Source of the DNA: Candidatus Zhuqueibacterota bacterium | GTDB lineage: Bacteria; Zhuqueibacterota; Zhuqueibacteria; Oceanimicrobiales; Oceanimicrobiaceae | Direction: 5' to 3' | Length of the DNA: 52,240 nt | NCBI GenBank assembly: GCA_022562085.1 | Contig: JADFPY010000001.1 | Coordinates: 1-52,240 of the forward strand | Part shown: piece by piece, positions 36,402 through 46,384 of the stretch | Position numbering within the stretch: the first letter of the stretch is position 1 | How the letters are laid out: the number at the start of each line of letters is the position of its first letter | Program-made: the position numbers and the translations under genes | Notes under the pieces: model-generated | Told to the model about the DNA's origin: nothing | The model's database searches: none | What the model saw: only the letters and a program-made list of their open reading frames with translations

Positions 36402-36830
36402 TTGATTACGAGAAAATACCCACATCAACCGCTGCTGGGTGTTGGAGCTGTTATTCTTAAAAATGACAAGATTCTCCTGGTTAAAAGGAAGTTTGAACCA
36501 AAAGCCCGGTTTTGGACTTTGCCTGGTGGGATGGTGGAATTAGGCGAAAGTCTTGATCAGGCTCTGAAACGAGAAATTCGCGAAGAGTGCGGTATCAAAA
36601 TTGAGCCCCAAAAAATCATCGATGTGATTGATTACATTGAAAGAGATGAAGACGATCAGGTTAAATACCATTATCTTTTAGTCGACTTTCAAGCTGAACA
36701 CATTGGTGGCACACTATCGCCTTCCTCTGATGTGCTCGATGCCGGCTGGTTTGATTTAAGCGAACTAAGTGGACTCACCCTTCCTGAAATTACCCAAGAA
36801 TTTCTTAAAAAACATTGCTATATAGATTAA
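36402..36830 (+). CDS. NUDIX hydrolase
   Basis: Nudix box GGMVELGESLDQALKREIREECGI (GX5EX7REUXEEXGU). Confidence 0.9.
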   Translation: MITRKYPHQPLLGVGAVILKNDKILLVKRKFEPKARFWTLPGGMVELGESLDQALKREIREECGIKIEPQKIIDVIDYIERDEDDQVKYHYLLVDFQAEHIGGTLSPSSDVLDAGWFDLSELSGLTLPEITQEFLKKHCYID

Positions 36831-36850
36831 CCCTCAGCCATTTTTTTAAA

Positions 36851-37357
36851 ATGAAATATTTTACTAAAGTATCGGGCAGGGAACTGCAAGTTGAAGTTGT
36901 TGAATCGGATGGCGGACTCTCTCTTATTGTAAACGGCAAACCCCACCATGCTGAACTTGATAGAATTGGCTCAGACAATCTTTTTTCCTTAATCATAGAC
37001 AATCGCTCTCATCAATTGTTTTTCGAGGAGGCAGACAACGGGCATTGGGTTTCCGTCGATGGTCACAAGTTTTTTGTTGAATTAGAAGATGAGAAGACGC
37101 GCTTTATCCGCGGATTAATCAAATCCGGTGCTAAGCCTCAAGGGCTGACCGCAATTAAAGCACCGATGCCCGGCTTAATTATAAAACTTTTTGTAAAGGA
37201 AAATCAGCCGGTCAAAAAAGGTGACGGACTGGTTATCATTGAGGCCATGAAAATGGAAAATGAAATTCGTGCGAATGGCGACGGCACCGTGGGAAAGATC
37301 TTAATAAATGAAGGAGATTCAGTCGACAAAGGCGCGGTGCTAATTATAATGAAATAA
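36851..37357 (+). CDS. Biotin/lipoyl-attachment-domain protein (biotin carboxyl carrier-like subunit)
   Basis: C-terminal biotinyl domain with GDGLVIIEAMKMENEIRANGDG (AMKM biotinylation motif). The start is taken at the ATG at 36851, within the listed ORF. Confidence 0.8.
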   Translation: MKYFTKVSGRELQVEVVESDGGLSLIVNGKPHHAELDRIGSDNLFSLIIDNRSHQLFFEEADNGHWVSVDGHKFFVELEDEKTRFIRGLIKSGAKPQGLTAIKAPMPGLIIKLFVKENQPVKKGDGLVIIEAMKMENEIRANGDGTVGKILINEGDSVDKGAVLIIMK

Positions 37358-37402
37358 GTTTTCATCTCGAAAATCTTCACAGTTTAGTAGTTTAGAAAAA
37401 CC

Positions 37403-38092
37403 ATGCCACCAAAAACCATCGGTGTCCTTGGCGGAATGGGACCTGATGCAACAGCGCTGTTTTTTCAAAGAGTCATTGCGCTAACCCCGGCCCAATCCGA
37501 TCAAGAACACATCCCGGTAATTATTTATAACAATCCTCAAATTCCTGATCGGACCCAGGCCATCCTGGAGGGGGGAGAAAGCCCGATTCCTGCCCTTAAA
37601 GATTCGATTGCACTTCTTCGAAGAGCATCAGTAGATTTTATTTGCATTCCGTGCAATACGGTTCATGTTTATTATGATGAAATGCAAAAGGGCTCGAATG
37701 TGCCGATTGTCAATCTGATTGAAGTCGTTGTTGATCGAATTTTAAACGAACTCCCGGATCTTAGACAGGTTGGACTACTTTCCACTGTCGGCACAATAAA
37801 ATCCTGTCTCTATCACAATGCGCTGCTAAAAAATAGTATTGAGTTGATAACACCGGACGAAGGCCAGCATGGTAACTTGCAAAACGCCATCCACGAATTA
37901 AAAAACCATTCCAACGATACCGCCATTGTTCAGTCGTTGGCAAATGATCTAATCGATACAGGCGTTCAGGGATTAATATTAGGGTGTACTGAACTCTCCC
38001 TTATTGCAAAAGATCTTTTGTTAAGTGTACCCGTTTTTGATTCGATTGAAATTTTAGCAGAAAAAGCAGTTCAGCTGGCTTTGGGAAAATAA
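37403..38092 (+). CDS. Aspartate racemase (Asp/Glu/hydantoin racemase family)
   Basis: IGVLGGMGPDATALFF, and the catalytic Cys motifs ICIPCNTVH and ILGCTELS. Confidence 0.85.
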   Translation: MPPKTIGVLGGMGPDATALFFQRVIALTPAQSDQEHIPVIIYNNPQIPDRTQAILEGGESPIPALKDSIALLRRASVDFICIPCNTVHVYYDEMQKGSNVPIVNLIEVVVDRILNELPDLRQVGLLSTVGTIKSCLYHNALLKNSIELITPDEGQHGNLQNAIHELKNHSNDTAIVQSLANDLIDTGVQGLILGCTELSLIAKDLLLSVPVFDSIEILAEKAVQLALGK

Positions 38093-38118
38093 AAAAGCCC
38101 CCAGCATACGCCAGGGGC
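38091..38118 (-). terminator. Terminator of the minus-strand response-regulator gene
   Basis: GCCCC / GGGGC stem (38097-38101 and 38114-38118). On the minus strand it is followed by TTTTTT (the complement of 38091-38096). Confidence 0.45.
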
Positions 38119-38142
38119 CCGGAGGGAGGAAAAAATGATATA

Positions 38143-38838
38143 TTAGAGGAAGCGATATCCTGTACCATGTATTGTTTCAATGTATTGAGACGGGTATTTG
38201 TATTCACCCAGTTTCTCACGTAACCTTTTGATATGAACATCCACTGTTCTGTTGGTGACGTAGACCTTCTTTCCCCATACTCTATCGAGAATTTCTTTCC
38301 GTGAAAATACATTCATTCTGCGAGATGCCAGGAGATAAAGCAGTTTAAATTGAATGTAAGTTAAATCGATTTGCTTACCGCCTTTACTTACACGATGCTC
38401 ATCAAGGTTGATTTCGATATCTTTGACTTTTATCTTTTTTCCTTCGCTTACATTTAGTCTTCGGCCAAGCGCTTTGATTCTGGCAACGAGTTCGCGTTTG
38501 CTGTAAGGCTTGCTAACGAAATCATCAGCGCCAATCTCAAAACCTTTGATTTTCACAGATTCATCATCAGTCGATGAAACCAAGATAATACCGGTTCCGC
38601 GTGTTGCAATGTCATCTTTTAGTTCCAGACAGGTTGACCAGGCATTATCTCCAAATTCATCAAGATCGATGATAATAACCGAAGGTTTTGTACGCATTGT
38701 CACTTCCAGAGCATTCCGAAGAGTCTCGAAATGATTCGGCACGTAGCCTTCTCGTTCCAAGATTTCATCTACAACTCTGCCGCCGTTGAGCAAGGATTTG
38801 TCAAAAAATACGATGTTCGCTTTTTCTACCTTTTCCAT
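38143..38838 (-). CDS. OmpR/PhoB-family response regulator (REC plus winged-helix)
   Basis: Receiver: VIIIDLDEFGDNAW, FVSKPY. C-terminal Trans_reg_C: LTYIQFKLLYLLASR..., VWG..., RTVDVHIKRLREKL, IETIHGTGYRFL. No cognate kinase is adjacent. Confidence 0.88.
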   Translation of the reverse strand: MEKVEKANIVFFDKSLLNGGRVVDEILEREGYVPNHFETLRNALEVTMRTKPSVIIIDLDEFGDNAWSTCLELKDDIATRGTGIILVSSTDDESVKIKGFEIGADDFVSKPYSKRELVARIKALGRRLNVSEGKKIKVKDIEINLDEHRVSKGGKQIDLTYIQFKLLYLLASRRMNVFSRKEILDRVWGKKVYVTNRTVDVHIKRLREKLGEYKYPSQYIETIHGTGYRFL

Positions 38839-39475
38839 GGTTTGGCCTCCAAAGAGTTATGTTACTATTTAATTCTTATTTCACTTTCAGAATTTGAATT
38901 ATTCCATTAATTCAGGTCTCACACCGAGAGACGTTGTCTTGTCAAAACTTGTATTCAATGTCTCTAAACTCTTCCTTTAAAATTTTGTTTAGGGCAATCC
39001 GGCGATCCCGGTGTGAGACGATTGCTTTACACCATGATGTGTGATTTGAATTTCAATTATGAAATCTGTGGGTTCTTTTCGCAACATCTGTGCCATTAAT
39101 AGACACTTTTTGTCATGTTTCCTGTTTTAAAGCAATTGTTGTTTCTAGAAAGATATCGGTATCTTTAACGATTTAAATAAGTTAATAGCGGACGGAAAAT
39201 GCAATTTTTGTAAAGAAATAATGTTTCGTTTATATACATTGCGGTAATACTGTTTATCTCAAGATAGATTTTATACGGTTAGAAATCGGGCAACTGACCG
39301 AAAACAGTACATATTTTTCGCAAAATGATACAACATTTCAATAATTATTAACGTTTTGAGATAAATAATTGCTTTTTTCGATGATATGTATTTTTGTATA
39401 GAATTTACCTGATTCCGGGGAAGAAAAGCTAGGCAAAGTGATGCTTCTAATTAAGATTTTGTGCCTAAAAAGACC

Positions 39476-39504
39476 TTGCAAATTGATTTTAATTGTGGTA
39501 TATT
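39476..39504 (+). promoter_or_regulatory. Candidate sigma70 promoter (TTGCAA-17 nt-TATATT) for the 39552 operon
   Basis: Hexamers at 39476-39481 and 39499-39504 with a TG two bases upstream of the -10. It lies about 45 nt upstream of the ATG at 39552. Confidence 0.5.
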
Positions 39505-39551
39505 CTCCCCGAATTATTTGAGAATTAGTTGACTAAACAACCGGAGGCTTT

Positions 39552-40865
39552 ATGCAGCAAACGAAAGTTCTCATAATGGGAGCAGCTGGTAGAGATTTTC
39601 ATAATTTCAATTTATTATATAAGGATAATGAGAAGTACAAGGTTGTGGCTTTTACAGCCACTCAAATTCCGGATATCGAAGGTAGAACGTATCCTGCTGA
39701 GTTAGCAGGCAGCCTGTATCCCGATGGCATTCCAATTCATCACGAGGATGAACTGGAATGCTTGATTAAAGAGAAGCAAATCGATGAAGTGGTATTTTCA
39801 TATAGCGATGTTTCCCACGAATATGTTATGCACCGTGCTGCTTCAGTAAATGCAGCCGGCGCATCCTTTGTTTTGCTAAATACGCAAAAAACGATGATAA
39901 AAAGCAAAAAGCCCGTGGTTGCAATTTGTGCAGTAAGAACCGGTTGTGGTAAAAGTCAGACCACTCGGAAAGTAGCATCGGTTCTAAAAGAAATGGGTAA
40001 GAAATTAGTCATTGTACGCCATCCGATGCCTTACGGGAATTTGGTCGCGCAAAAGTGCCAAAGGTTCGCGAATTATGACGATTTAGAAAAACACGACTGC
40101 ACAATTGAAGAACGGGAAGAGTATGAACCGCACCTGGCAATGGGATCAATCGTTTACTCAGGAATAGATTATGGGGAGATTTTATCCCAGGCACAAGCAG
40201 AGGCAGATGTTGTCATCTGGGATGGCGGCAACAATGATACACCTTTTTTTAAACCTGACATGCATATTGTTGTCACGGATCCACTTCGGCCCGGGCATGA
40301 GCTGAGATACTATCCCGGTGAGACCAATTTGCGCATGGCTGATGTGGTAGTTATTAATAAAGAGGGAAGTGCGAAGCTGGAAGATATTGAGAAAGTGCGG
40401 GAAAATGCGCTTAAGCTAAATGGCAAAGCAATTGTAATTGATGCAGTGTCTCCTATCTCCGTTGAAGACTCGTCTATTATTAGAGGTAAAAAAGTTTTAG
40501 CTGTCGAAGACGGGCCGACCCTCACCCACGGTGAAATGAAGTTTGGAGCAGCTGTGGTCGCGGCGAAAAAGTTCGGTGCTGCGGAAATTGTCGACCCCAG
40601 GCCATTTCTTGCAGGTTCTTTAAAGAAGACATTTGAAATTTATCCTGAAGTTGGTAGGGTTTTGCCTGCCATGGGATACGATTCTGCGCAAATGAAGGAT
40701 CTGGAGACGACAATTAATAATACTGACTGTGAGGTGGTTATTATCGGTACGCCGATTGATCTCAGGAAATTGATCAATATAAACAAACCCGCGGTTCGTG
40801 TGACCTACGATCTTCAGGAGGTTGGTAAACCGAATCTGGAGGACGTCCTCCAAAAGTTTGCATAG
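39552..40865 (+). CDS. P-loop protein of the predicted-GTPase / cyclic 2,3-diphosphoglycerate-synthetase-like family (COG2403-like, recalled from memory)
   Basis: N-terminus KVLIMGAAGRDFHNFN and P-loop AICAVRTGCGKSQTT. It lies immediately upstream of carbamate kinase. The family assignment is from memory and was not searched. Confidence 0.5.
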   Translation: MQQTKVLIMGAAGRDFHNFNLLYKDNEKYKVVAFTATQIPDIEGRTYPAELAGSLYPDGIPIHHEDELECLIKEKQIDEVVFSYSDVSHEYVMHRAASVNAAGASFVLLNTQKTMIKSKKPVVAICAVRTGCGKSQTTRKVASVLKEMGKKLVIVRHPMPYGNLVAQKCQRFANYDDLEKHDCTIEEREEYEPHLAMGSIVYSGIDYGEILSQAQAEADVVIWDGGNNDTPFFKPDMHIVVTDPLRPGHELRYYPGETNLRMADVVVINKEGSAKLEDIEKVRENALKLNGKAIVIDAVSPISVEDSSIIRGKKVLAVEDGPTLTHGEMKFGAAVVAAKKFGAAEIVDPRPFLAGSLKKTFEIYPEVGRVLPAMGYDSAQMKDLETTINNTDCEVVIIGTPIDLRKLININKPAVRVTYDLQEVGKPNLEDVLQKFA

Positions 40866-40873
40866 AGCCTAGT

Positions 40874-41836
40874 ATGACGGTGGATGATTCAAATAGCGGC
40901 ACAATTGCGGTGGTCGCACTTGGGGGAAATTCCATTACACGGGAATTCGAGGAAGGAAACATAGCGCAGCAATTTGAAAATACGCGCCGGAGTCTCCTGG
41001 GTGTTCTTCACCTTATAAAAAAAGGTTACCGCCTGGCAATCACGCACGGCAATGGCCCGCAAGTTGGAAACAACCTGATTCGGGTTGAGGAAAGTCGGCA
41101 TTTGGTTCCACCGCTGCCTCTGGGCGTCATTGTTGCGGATTTACAAGGCGGCATGGGCTATATGATCCAGCAGACATTACAAAATAAACTGCATCTTGCC
41201 GGAATTAAACGCGAAGTCTCCACAATTTTGACCCAGGTAATTGTAGATAAGGATGATCCTTCTATTTTAGAGCCGGCCAAGTTCGTCGGCCCTTATATAA
41301 AAGAGACGGAAATAGATGAAGTTACACAGAAGCGCGGCTGGATTATAAAAGAGGATCCCGGCAGAGGTTACCGCAGGGTTGTTCCATCTCCTGTTCCAAT
41401 TGAAATTGTTGAGAAAGAAACCATCAAACATTTGGTTGAAAACGGCACCATTTTAATCTGCAGTGGCGGTGGCGGGATTCCGGTTTATGTTGAAAAGGAT
41501 GGGACTTATGAAGGCGTCGATGCGGTTATTGACAAAGATTTGGCAGCGGCGATCCTGGCACGAAATATTAAGGCCGAGGAGTTATATATTTTAACCGCTG
41601 TTGAAAAAGTTGCTTTAAACTTTCGCAAACCGGATGAAATTCAACTGGATAAAATGACAGTCCAACAAGCCAGACAGTATCTGGAGGATGGCCAATTTCC
41701 GGAAGGCAGTATGGGGCCGAAGATTCAAGCGGCTATCAATTTTATCGAAGAAGGTGGCAAAGAAGTGGTTATTAGCTCAATTGAGAAAATGACGGATGCT
41801 GCTGAAGGAAAAACGGGAACAAAGATTGTCGCTTAA
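40874..41836 (+). CDS. arcC: Carbamate kinase
   Basis: VVALGGNSI, ITHGNGPQVG, ICSGGGGIPV, and AVIDKDLAAA. Confidence 0.92.
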   Translation: MTVDDSNSGTIAVVALGGNSITREFEEGNIAQQFENTRRSLLGVLHLIKKGYRLAITHGNGPQVGNNLIRVEESRHLVPPLPLGVIVADLQGGMGYMIQQTLQNKLHLAGIKREVSTILTQVIVDKDDPSILEPAKFVGPYIKETEIDEVTQKRGWIIKEDPGRGYRRVVPSPVPIEIVEKETIKHLVENGTILICSGGGGIPVYVEKDGTYEGVDAVIDKDLAAAILARNIKAEELYILTAVEKVALNFRKPDEIQLDKMTVQQARQYLEDGQFPEGSMGPKIQAAINFIEEGGKEVVISSIEKMTDAAEGKTGTKIVA

Positions 41837-41931
41837 GCCGAGATATTAAATAAATTTATAGCCGCTTTTGTCGATTATTATTAAGAATTGTTTCAAAAAA
41901 TTTTGAATATCCTAATGTAAGGGAGGTAAAT

Positions 41932-43089
41932 TTGAAAATTCACGAATATCAGGCAAAGGCAATATTGAAAAATTTTGGCGTTGAGGTGCCTCGCGGCCAT
42001 CTGGCGGAAACAGCGGCCGATGCCAAAAAGTTTGCCGCTGAATTAGGGGGGACTGTAGTTGTAAAAGCCCAAATACACGCGGGCGGTCGCGGCAAAGGGG
42101 GCGGTATAAAAATTGCCAAAAACGCTGACGAAGCCGAAGCTTTCGCAAGGGAAATGATCGGCATGAATCTCGTCACCCATCAAACCGGGCCGGAAGGCAA
42201 AGAAGTCCGTAAGGTCTTGATTGAAGAAAGGTTGGATATCGAACGCGAGTTTTATTTGGGAATCGTTTTAGACCGTGCCCAAAGCCAACTGGTTTTTATG
42301 GCCAGTACCGAAGGCGGTGTAGAAATTGAAAAGGTGGCCAGCGAAACTCCGGAAAAAATTATAAAAGAACACATCGATCTTGCAGTCGGGTTGCAGCCTT
42401 TTCAAGCGAGAAAGTTAGCGTTCGGTTTAGGCTTGAAAGGTGAACAGGTAAAGAATGCTTTAAAGTTTTTCAGTGCGTTGTACAAAGCATTTATAGAGTC
42501 GGACTGTTCAATGGCGGAAATTAATCCGCTTGTTGTCACCAAAGATGGCAATGTGCTCGCCTTAGATGCAAAAATAAATTTCGATGACAATGCTTTGTAC
42601 CGTCATAAAGACTTTGCTGAACTACGGGACTTGCATGAGGAAGAACCGCTGGAAGTTGAAGCATCTAAATATGGCTTAAACTATATTAAGCTGGACGGTG
42701 TTGTGGGCTGCATGGTAAATGGCGCAGGCCTGGCAATGGCGACTATGGATATGATAAAAATTGCCGGCTCTGAACCGGCTAATTTTTTAGACGTTGGCGG
42801 CGGCGCAAGCGCCGAAACCGTGGAAAATGGCTTCAAAATTTTGTTGTCCGACAAAAATGTCAAGGCGGTTTTGATTAATATTTTTGGCGGCATTGTGCGC
42901 TGCGATCGTGTTGCTAAGGGCGTCATTGAGGCAGCTTCGAAAATAGATATTAAGGTGCCAGTAGTGGTTAGACTGGAAGGCACAAACGCGGAAGAAGCCG
43001 CAAAACTCTTGGAAGAGTCTGACTTATCTTTCGAGGTTGGACGAAGTTTTCAGGAGGCTGCTGAAAAAATAGTTGCAGCAATCACTTGA
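41932..43089 (+). CDS. sucC: Succinyl-CoA synthetase beta subunit
   Basis: TTG start after [51 protein letters not shown]. Confidence 0.97.
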   Translation: MKIHEYQAKAILKNFGVEVPRGHLAETAADAKKFAAELGGTVVVKAQIHAGGRGKGGGIKIAKNADEAEAFAREMIGMNLVTHQTGPEGKEVRKVLIEERLDIEREFYLGIVLDRAQSQLVFMASTEGGVEIEKVASETPEKIIKEHIDLAVGLQPFQARKLAFGLGLKGEQVKNALKFFSALYKAFIESDCSMAEINPLVVTKDGNVLALDAKINFDDNALYRHKDFAELRDLHEEEPLEVEASKYGLNYIKLDGVVGCMVNGAGLAMATMDMIKIAGSEPANFLDVGGGASAETVENGFKILLSDKNVKAVLINIFGGIVRCDRVAKGVIEAASKIDIKVPVVVRLEGTNAEEAAKLLEESDLSFEVGRSFQEAAEKIVAAIT

Positions 43090-43137
43090 TTATTACTTAA
43101 GGACGAAGTTTTTATAAAATCGCGAAGGAGAACTAAA

Positions 43138-44010
43138 TTGAGCATATTAGTTGATGAAAACACTCGAGTTGTTGTTCAGGGGATAACTGGAGGTGAAGGG
43201 TCATTTCATACTCGCCAGATGATTGAATACGGGACAAATGTTGTTGCCGGTGTCACGCCGGGTAAAGGCGGCCAAAAGTTCGATGACAAGGTGCCTGTTT
43301 TTAATACTTTAAATGAAGCGGTTGCAGAGACAGGGGCGAATGCATCTGCTATTTTTGTACCGCCGCCATTTGCCGCTGATGCAATTATGGAGTCCGCAGA
43401 TGCCGGAATTATTTTGGTGGTTTGCATCACAGAAGGTATTCCAACTTTAGATATGTTAAAAGTCCACGCATATTTAAAAGATCGCAGCACTCGCCTCATC
43501 GGCCCGAATTGTCCCGGGGTTATTTCACCGGGAAAATGCAAAATCGGAATCATGCCCGGTTTTATTCATAAACCCGGCAAGGTTGGTCTTATTTCTCGAA
43601 GTGGCACACTCACCTATGAAGCTGTGAAGCAGCTTAGCGACTTAGGAATCGGTCAATCAACTTGCATCGGAATTGGCGGCGATCCGATTATTGGTACAAC
43701 GTTTACCGATGCGCTTAAAGTCTTCAAAAGTGATACTGATACTGAAGCGATTGTTATGATTGGTGAGATTGGCGGAACGGCTGAGCAAGAGGCCGCTGCT
43801 TATATAAAGGAAAATCTGGACAAACCGGTAGTTGCTTTTGTAGCCGGTCGAACGGCGCCTCCAGGAAGAAGGATGGGACACGCCGGCGCAATTATTTCGG
43901 GAAGCGAAGGGACCGCAACTGAAAAAACAGAGATTTTGCGGAACGCCGGCGTTCATGTGGCTGACACCCCGGCAGATATCGGTGCAACGATGCAGAGAGC
44001 TTTAAACTAA
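43138..44010 (+). CDS. sucD: Succinyl-CoA synthetase alpha subunit
   Basis: TTG start after [44 protein letters not shown], and the phospho-His context [10 protein letters not shown]. Confidence 0.97.
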   Translation: MSILVDENTRVVVQGITGGEGSFHTRQMIEYGTNVVAGVTPGKGGQKFDDKVPVFNTLNEAVAETGANASAIFVPPPFAADAIMESADAGIILVVCITEGIPTLDMLKVHAYLKDRSTRLIGPNCPGVISPGKCKIGIMPGFIHKPGKVGLISRSGTLTYEAVKQLSDLGIGQSTCIGIGGDPIIGTTFTDALKVFKSDTDTEAIVMIGEIGGTAEQEAAAYIKENLDKPVVAFVAGRTAPPGRRMGHAGAIISGSEGTATEKTEILRNAGVHVADTPADIGATMQRALN

Positions 44011-44072
44011 ACAATATTTTATCAACTTATTTCAGGATTGGAATTTTCAATTTTTAACGTAAGGAGAACAAG

Positions 44073-44501
44073 TTGGAGCTAACGTTAGCAATTTTAAAAC
44101 CAGATTGTGTGGGAGCAAATAAAATAGGTAAAGTAGTAGATAGAATTGAAGCAGCAGGCTTTAAGATTCTTGCAATGAAGATGGTTCGCTTAACAAAAGA
44201 AACCGCCAGTGAGTTTTATGCAGTACATAAGGAGAGACCGTTTTTTCAGGATTTAGTGCAGTTCATGAGTTCAGGAAAATGTGTCCCGATGGCTCTGGCC
44301 AAAGAAAATTCAGTCGCTGATTTCAGAAAACTTATAGGCGCAACCGATCCGGTAGAAGCTGAGCAAGGCAGTATCCGCCGGGATTTTGCCGAAAGTAAGC
44401 AAAACAACATTGTCCACGGCTCTGATTCTGTTGAAAATGGAAAACTTGAAATCGGCTTCTTCTTTTCTGAAAAGGAACTTGTTGAGAATAATCCAGCTTA
44501 A
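44073..44501 (+). CDS. ndk: Nucleoside diphosphate kinase
   Basis: TTG start after [17 protein letters not shown], and NIVHGSDS carrying the active-site His. Confidence 0.95.
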   Translation: MELTLAILKPDCVGANKIGKVVDRIEAAGFKILAMKMVRLTKETASEFYAVHKERPFFQDLVQFMSSGKCVPMALAKENSVADFRKLIGATDPVEAEQGSIRRDFAESKQNNIVHGSDSVENGKLEIGFFFSEKELVENNPA

Positions 44502-44578
44502 TTAGCTCACCCAATTTTTTCTTGACTCTTGGCGAAAGAAATCTTACATTAATCGTCTTACTTGCAGACCTTGAATGT

Positions 44579-45094
44579 ATGAAAATAAACGTTCACAGCT
44601 TAAACAACGGCGTCCATATCTTTGAATTCGACTTAGATAGCTCTGAGTTGGATCTGGAAAAACAAAATTTTTCTATTACAGAAATAGCTTTAAAATGTAC
44701 CGTAAATAAAGGCGAGAAAAACGTTTATATAACTTCCAAGGCAAGGACTCGGGTTCGTTTTGTTTGTGATAGTTGCTTGGTCGATTTTGCCGATGTTTTA
44801 GAAGATGAATTTTCTATATTTTATACTTCAGATAAAGAAACGGTTAAATACGATGACGAGCAAGTCGTTCGGTTACTCAAGCCGGGAACCCCAATAGACC
44901 TGACCTATGGACTAAAAGAGAACCTGCTTTTAACCATCCCGATGAAAATTGTGTGTTCGGATGATTGCAAGGGTTTGTGTTTGACTTGCGGTATAAATTT
45001 GAATGAAGCGAAATGTAATTGCAAAAAAACTGCAGTTGATCCAAGATGGGCGGGCTTAGAAAAATTAAGAAACGAATCACCAGGTGTAAATTGA
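44579..45094 (+). CDS. yceD: YceD/DUF177 family protein (large-subunit rRNA accumulation protein)
   Basis: C-terminal Cys cluster CSDDCKGLCLTCGINLNEAKCNC...DPRWAGL and the conserved position before rpmF. The start is taken at ATG 44579, because a TTGACT-17 nt-TACATT promoter-like site occupies 44522-44550. Confidence 0.8.
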   Translation: MKINVHSLNNGVHIFEFDLDSSELDLEKQNFSITEIALKCTVNKGEKNVYITSKARTRVRFVCDSCLVDFADVLEDEFSIFYTSDKETVKYDDEQVVRLLKPGTPIDLTYGLKENLLLTIPMKIVCSDDCKGLCLTCGINLNEAKCNCKKTAVDPRWAGLEKLRNESPGVN

Positions 45095-45113
45095 GTTAAA
45101 TAAGGAGAAACAG

Positions 45114-45296
45114 TTGCCATTACCTAAAAGAAGACATTCGAAATCACGGAGAGACAAAAGAAAAACGCATTGGAAACTGACTGCGCCGAATGTAGCAGAA
45201 TGCTCTAACTGTCATCAACCAAAACTGCCGCACCATGCTTGCCCAAATTGCGGCTATTATAATGGGCGCTCTGTCTTTGTTCCAAAAGAAGTTTAA
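45114..45296 (+). CDS. rpmF: 50S ribosomal protein L32
   Basis: PLPKRRHSKSRRDKRKTHWKL and the CxxC...CxxC zinc ribbon (CSNCHQ...CPNCGYY). TTG start after SD AAGGAG. Confidence 0.93.
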   Translation: MPLPKRRHSKSRRDKRKTHWKLTAPNVAECSNCHQPKLPHHACPNCGYYNGRSVFVPKEV

Positions 45297-45361
45297 TCTT
45301 GTAGAGTGGAGATTGAGGTTAATGTCTATGGGGGGGCCTAACCACAATAACTTAAGAAATA

Positions 45362-46384
45362 ATGAAGATCGCTATTGACGCTATGGGCGGGGACTATGCC
45401 CCCGAAGCTATCATCCATGGAGGCGTTGAAGCCGCGAAGTCTGGGAAAGGCGAATATGAAGTCGTATTTGTTGGAGACGAATCCACAATAAGTTCAATTC
45501 TTTCCAGACATTTTAGAATCCAAGAATATCCAATATCAATTATTCATGCATCTCAAAAAATCGAGATGGGTGAGTCTCCTACCGCTGCTTTGAAAAAAAA
45601 ACCTGATGCTTCTGTTGTTGTTGCGATGGAGTTGCACACACAGGGCAAGGTCGATGCCGTTGTAACTGCAGGTCATACCGGCGCTTCGATGGCCTCAGCT
45701 TTCTTTAGTTTGGGTAGGATAAAAGGAGTCAGGCGTCCTGCCATCGGCTCTCTTATCCCTTATGGACAGGGGGTGACTTTACTCATTGATGTCGGTGCCA
45801 ATTTGGAATGCAAACCGATTCACCTGTTACAGTTTGGCGTAATGGGTGATATTTATATGAAAAATGTTTATCATATTGCTGAACCCAAGGTAGGTTTACT
45901 TAATATTGGTGAGGAAGCGACAAAGGGTAGAGAAATTCACAAAGAAGGAAATATACTTCTTGCTGAAAGTAACTTGAATTTCGTTGGAAATGTCGAGGGC
46001 AGAGATATCATGAGTGGACTTGTAGATGTAATTGTCTGCGAGGGTTTTATCGGCAATATTGTTTTGAAATTTGCTGAGAGTTTTAACGGCGTTTACTCAA
46101 AAACTCTAAAAAGAAAGATTGGGAAAAAAGTGTTTTCAAACGTCGGTGCGTTTCTTTTAAAGCCGACGTTTAAGAGGTTGCGTAGAATTTATGACTATGA
46201 AGAATATGGCGGCGCGCCTTTGTTAGGCATAAACGGAACCTGTATGATTTGCCACGGGAGTTCGACGCCCAAGGCAATTATGCACGCAGTAATTGAAGCA
46301 AGCTCCATGATTAAGCAACGGGTGAATGAAAAGATAAGTCAAGAACTTGTCGGAATGATGGAGGAGGGAAAAAATGCAGAATAA
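45362..46384 (+). CDS. plsX: Phosphate acyltransferase PlsX
   Basis: KIAIDAMGGDYAP, AVVTAGHTGA, GAPLLGINGTCMICHGSS. Confidence 0.95.
   Translation: MKIAIDAMGGDYAPEAIIHGGVEAAKSGKGEYEVVFVGDESTISSILSRHFRIQEYPISIIHASQKIEMGESPTAALKKKPDASVVVAMELHTQGKVDAVVTAGHTGASMASAFFSLGRIKGVRRPAIGSLIPYGQGVTLLIDVGANLECKPIHLLQFGVMGDIYMKNVYHIAEPKVGLLNIGEEATKGREIHKEGNILLAESNLNFVGNVEGRDIMSGLVDVIVCEGFIGNIVLKFAESFNGVYSKTLKRKIGKKVFSNVGAFLLKPTFKRLRRIYDYEEYGGAPLLGINGTCMICHGSSTPKAIMHAVIEASSMIKQRVNEKISQELVGMMEEGKNAE

Noticed and set aside
38001-38312. 103-aa minus-strand ORF bridging the racemase 3' end and the response-regulator 3' end.
   Set aside because: It overlaps two well-supported genes and the terminator region. 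It has no coding signature of its own.
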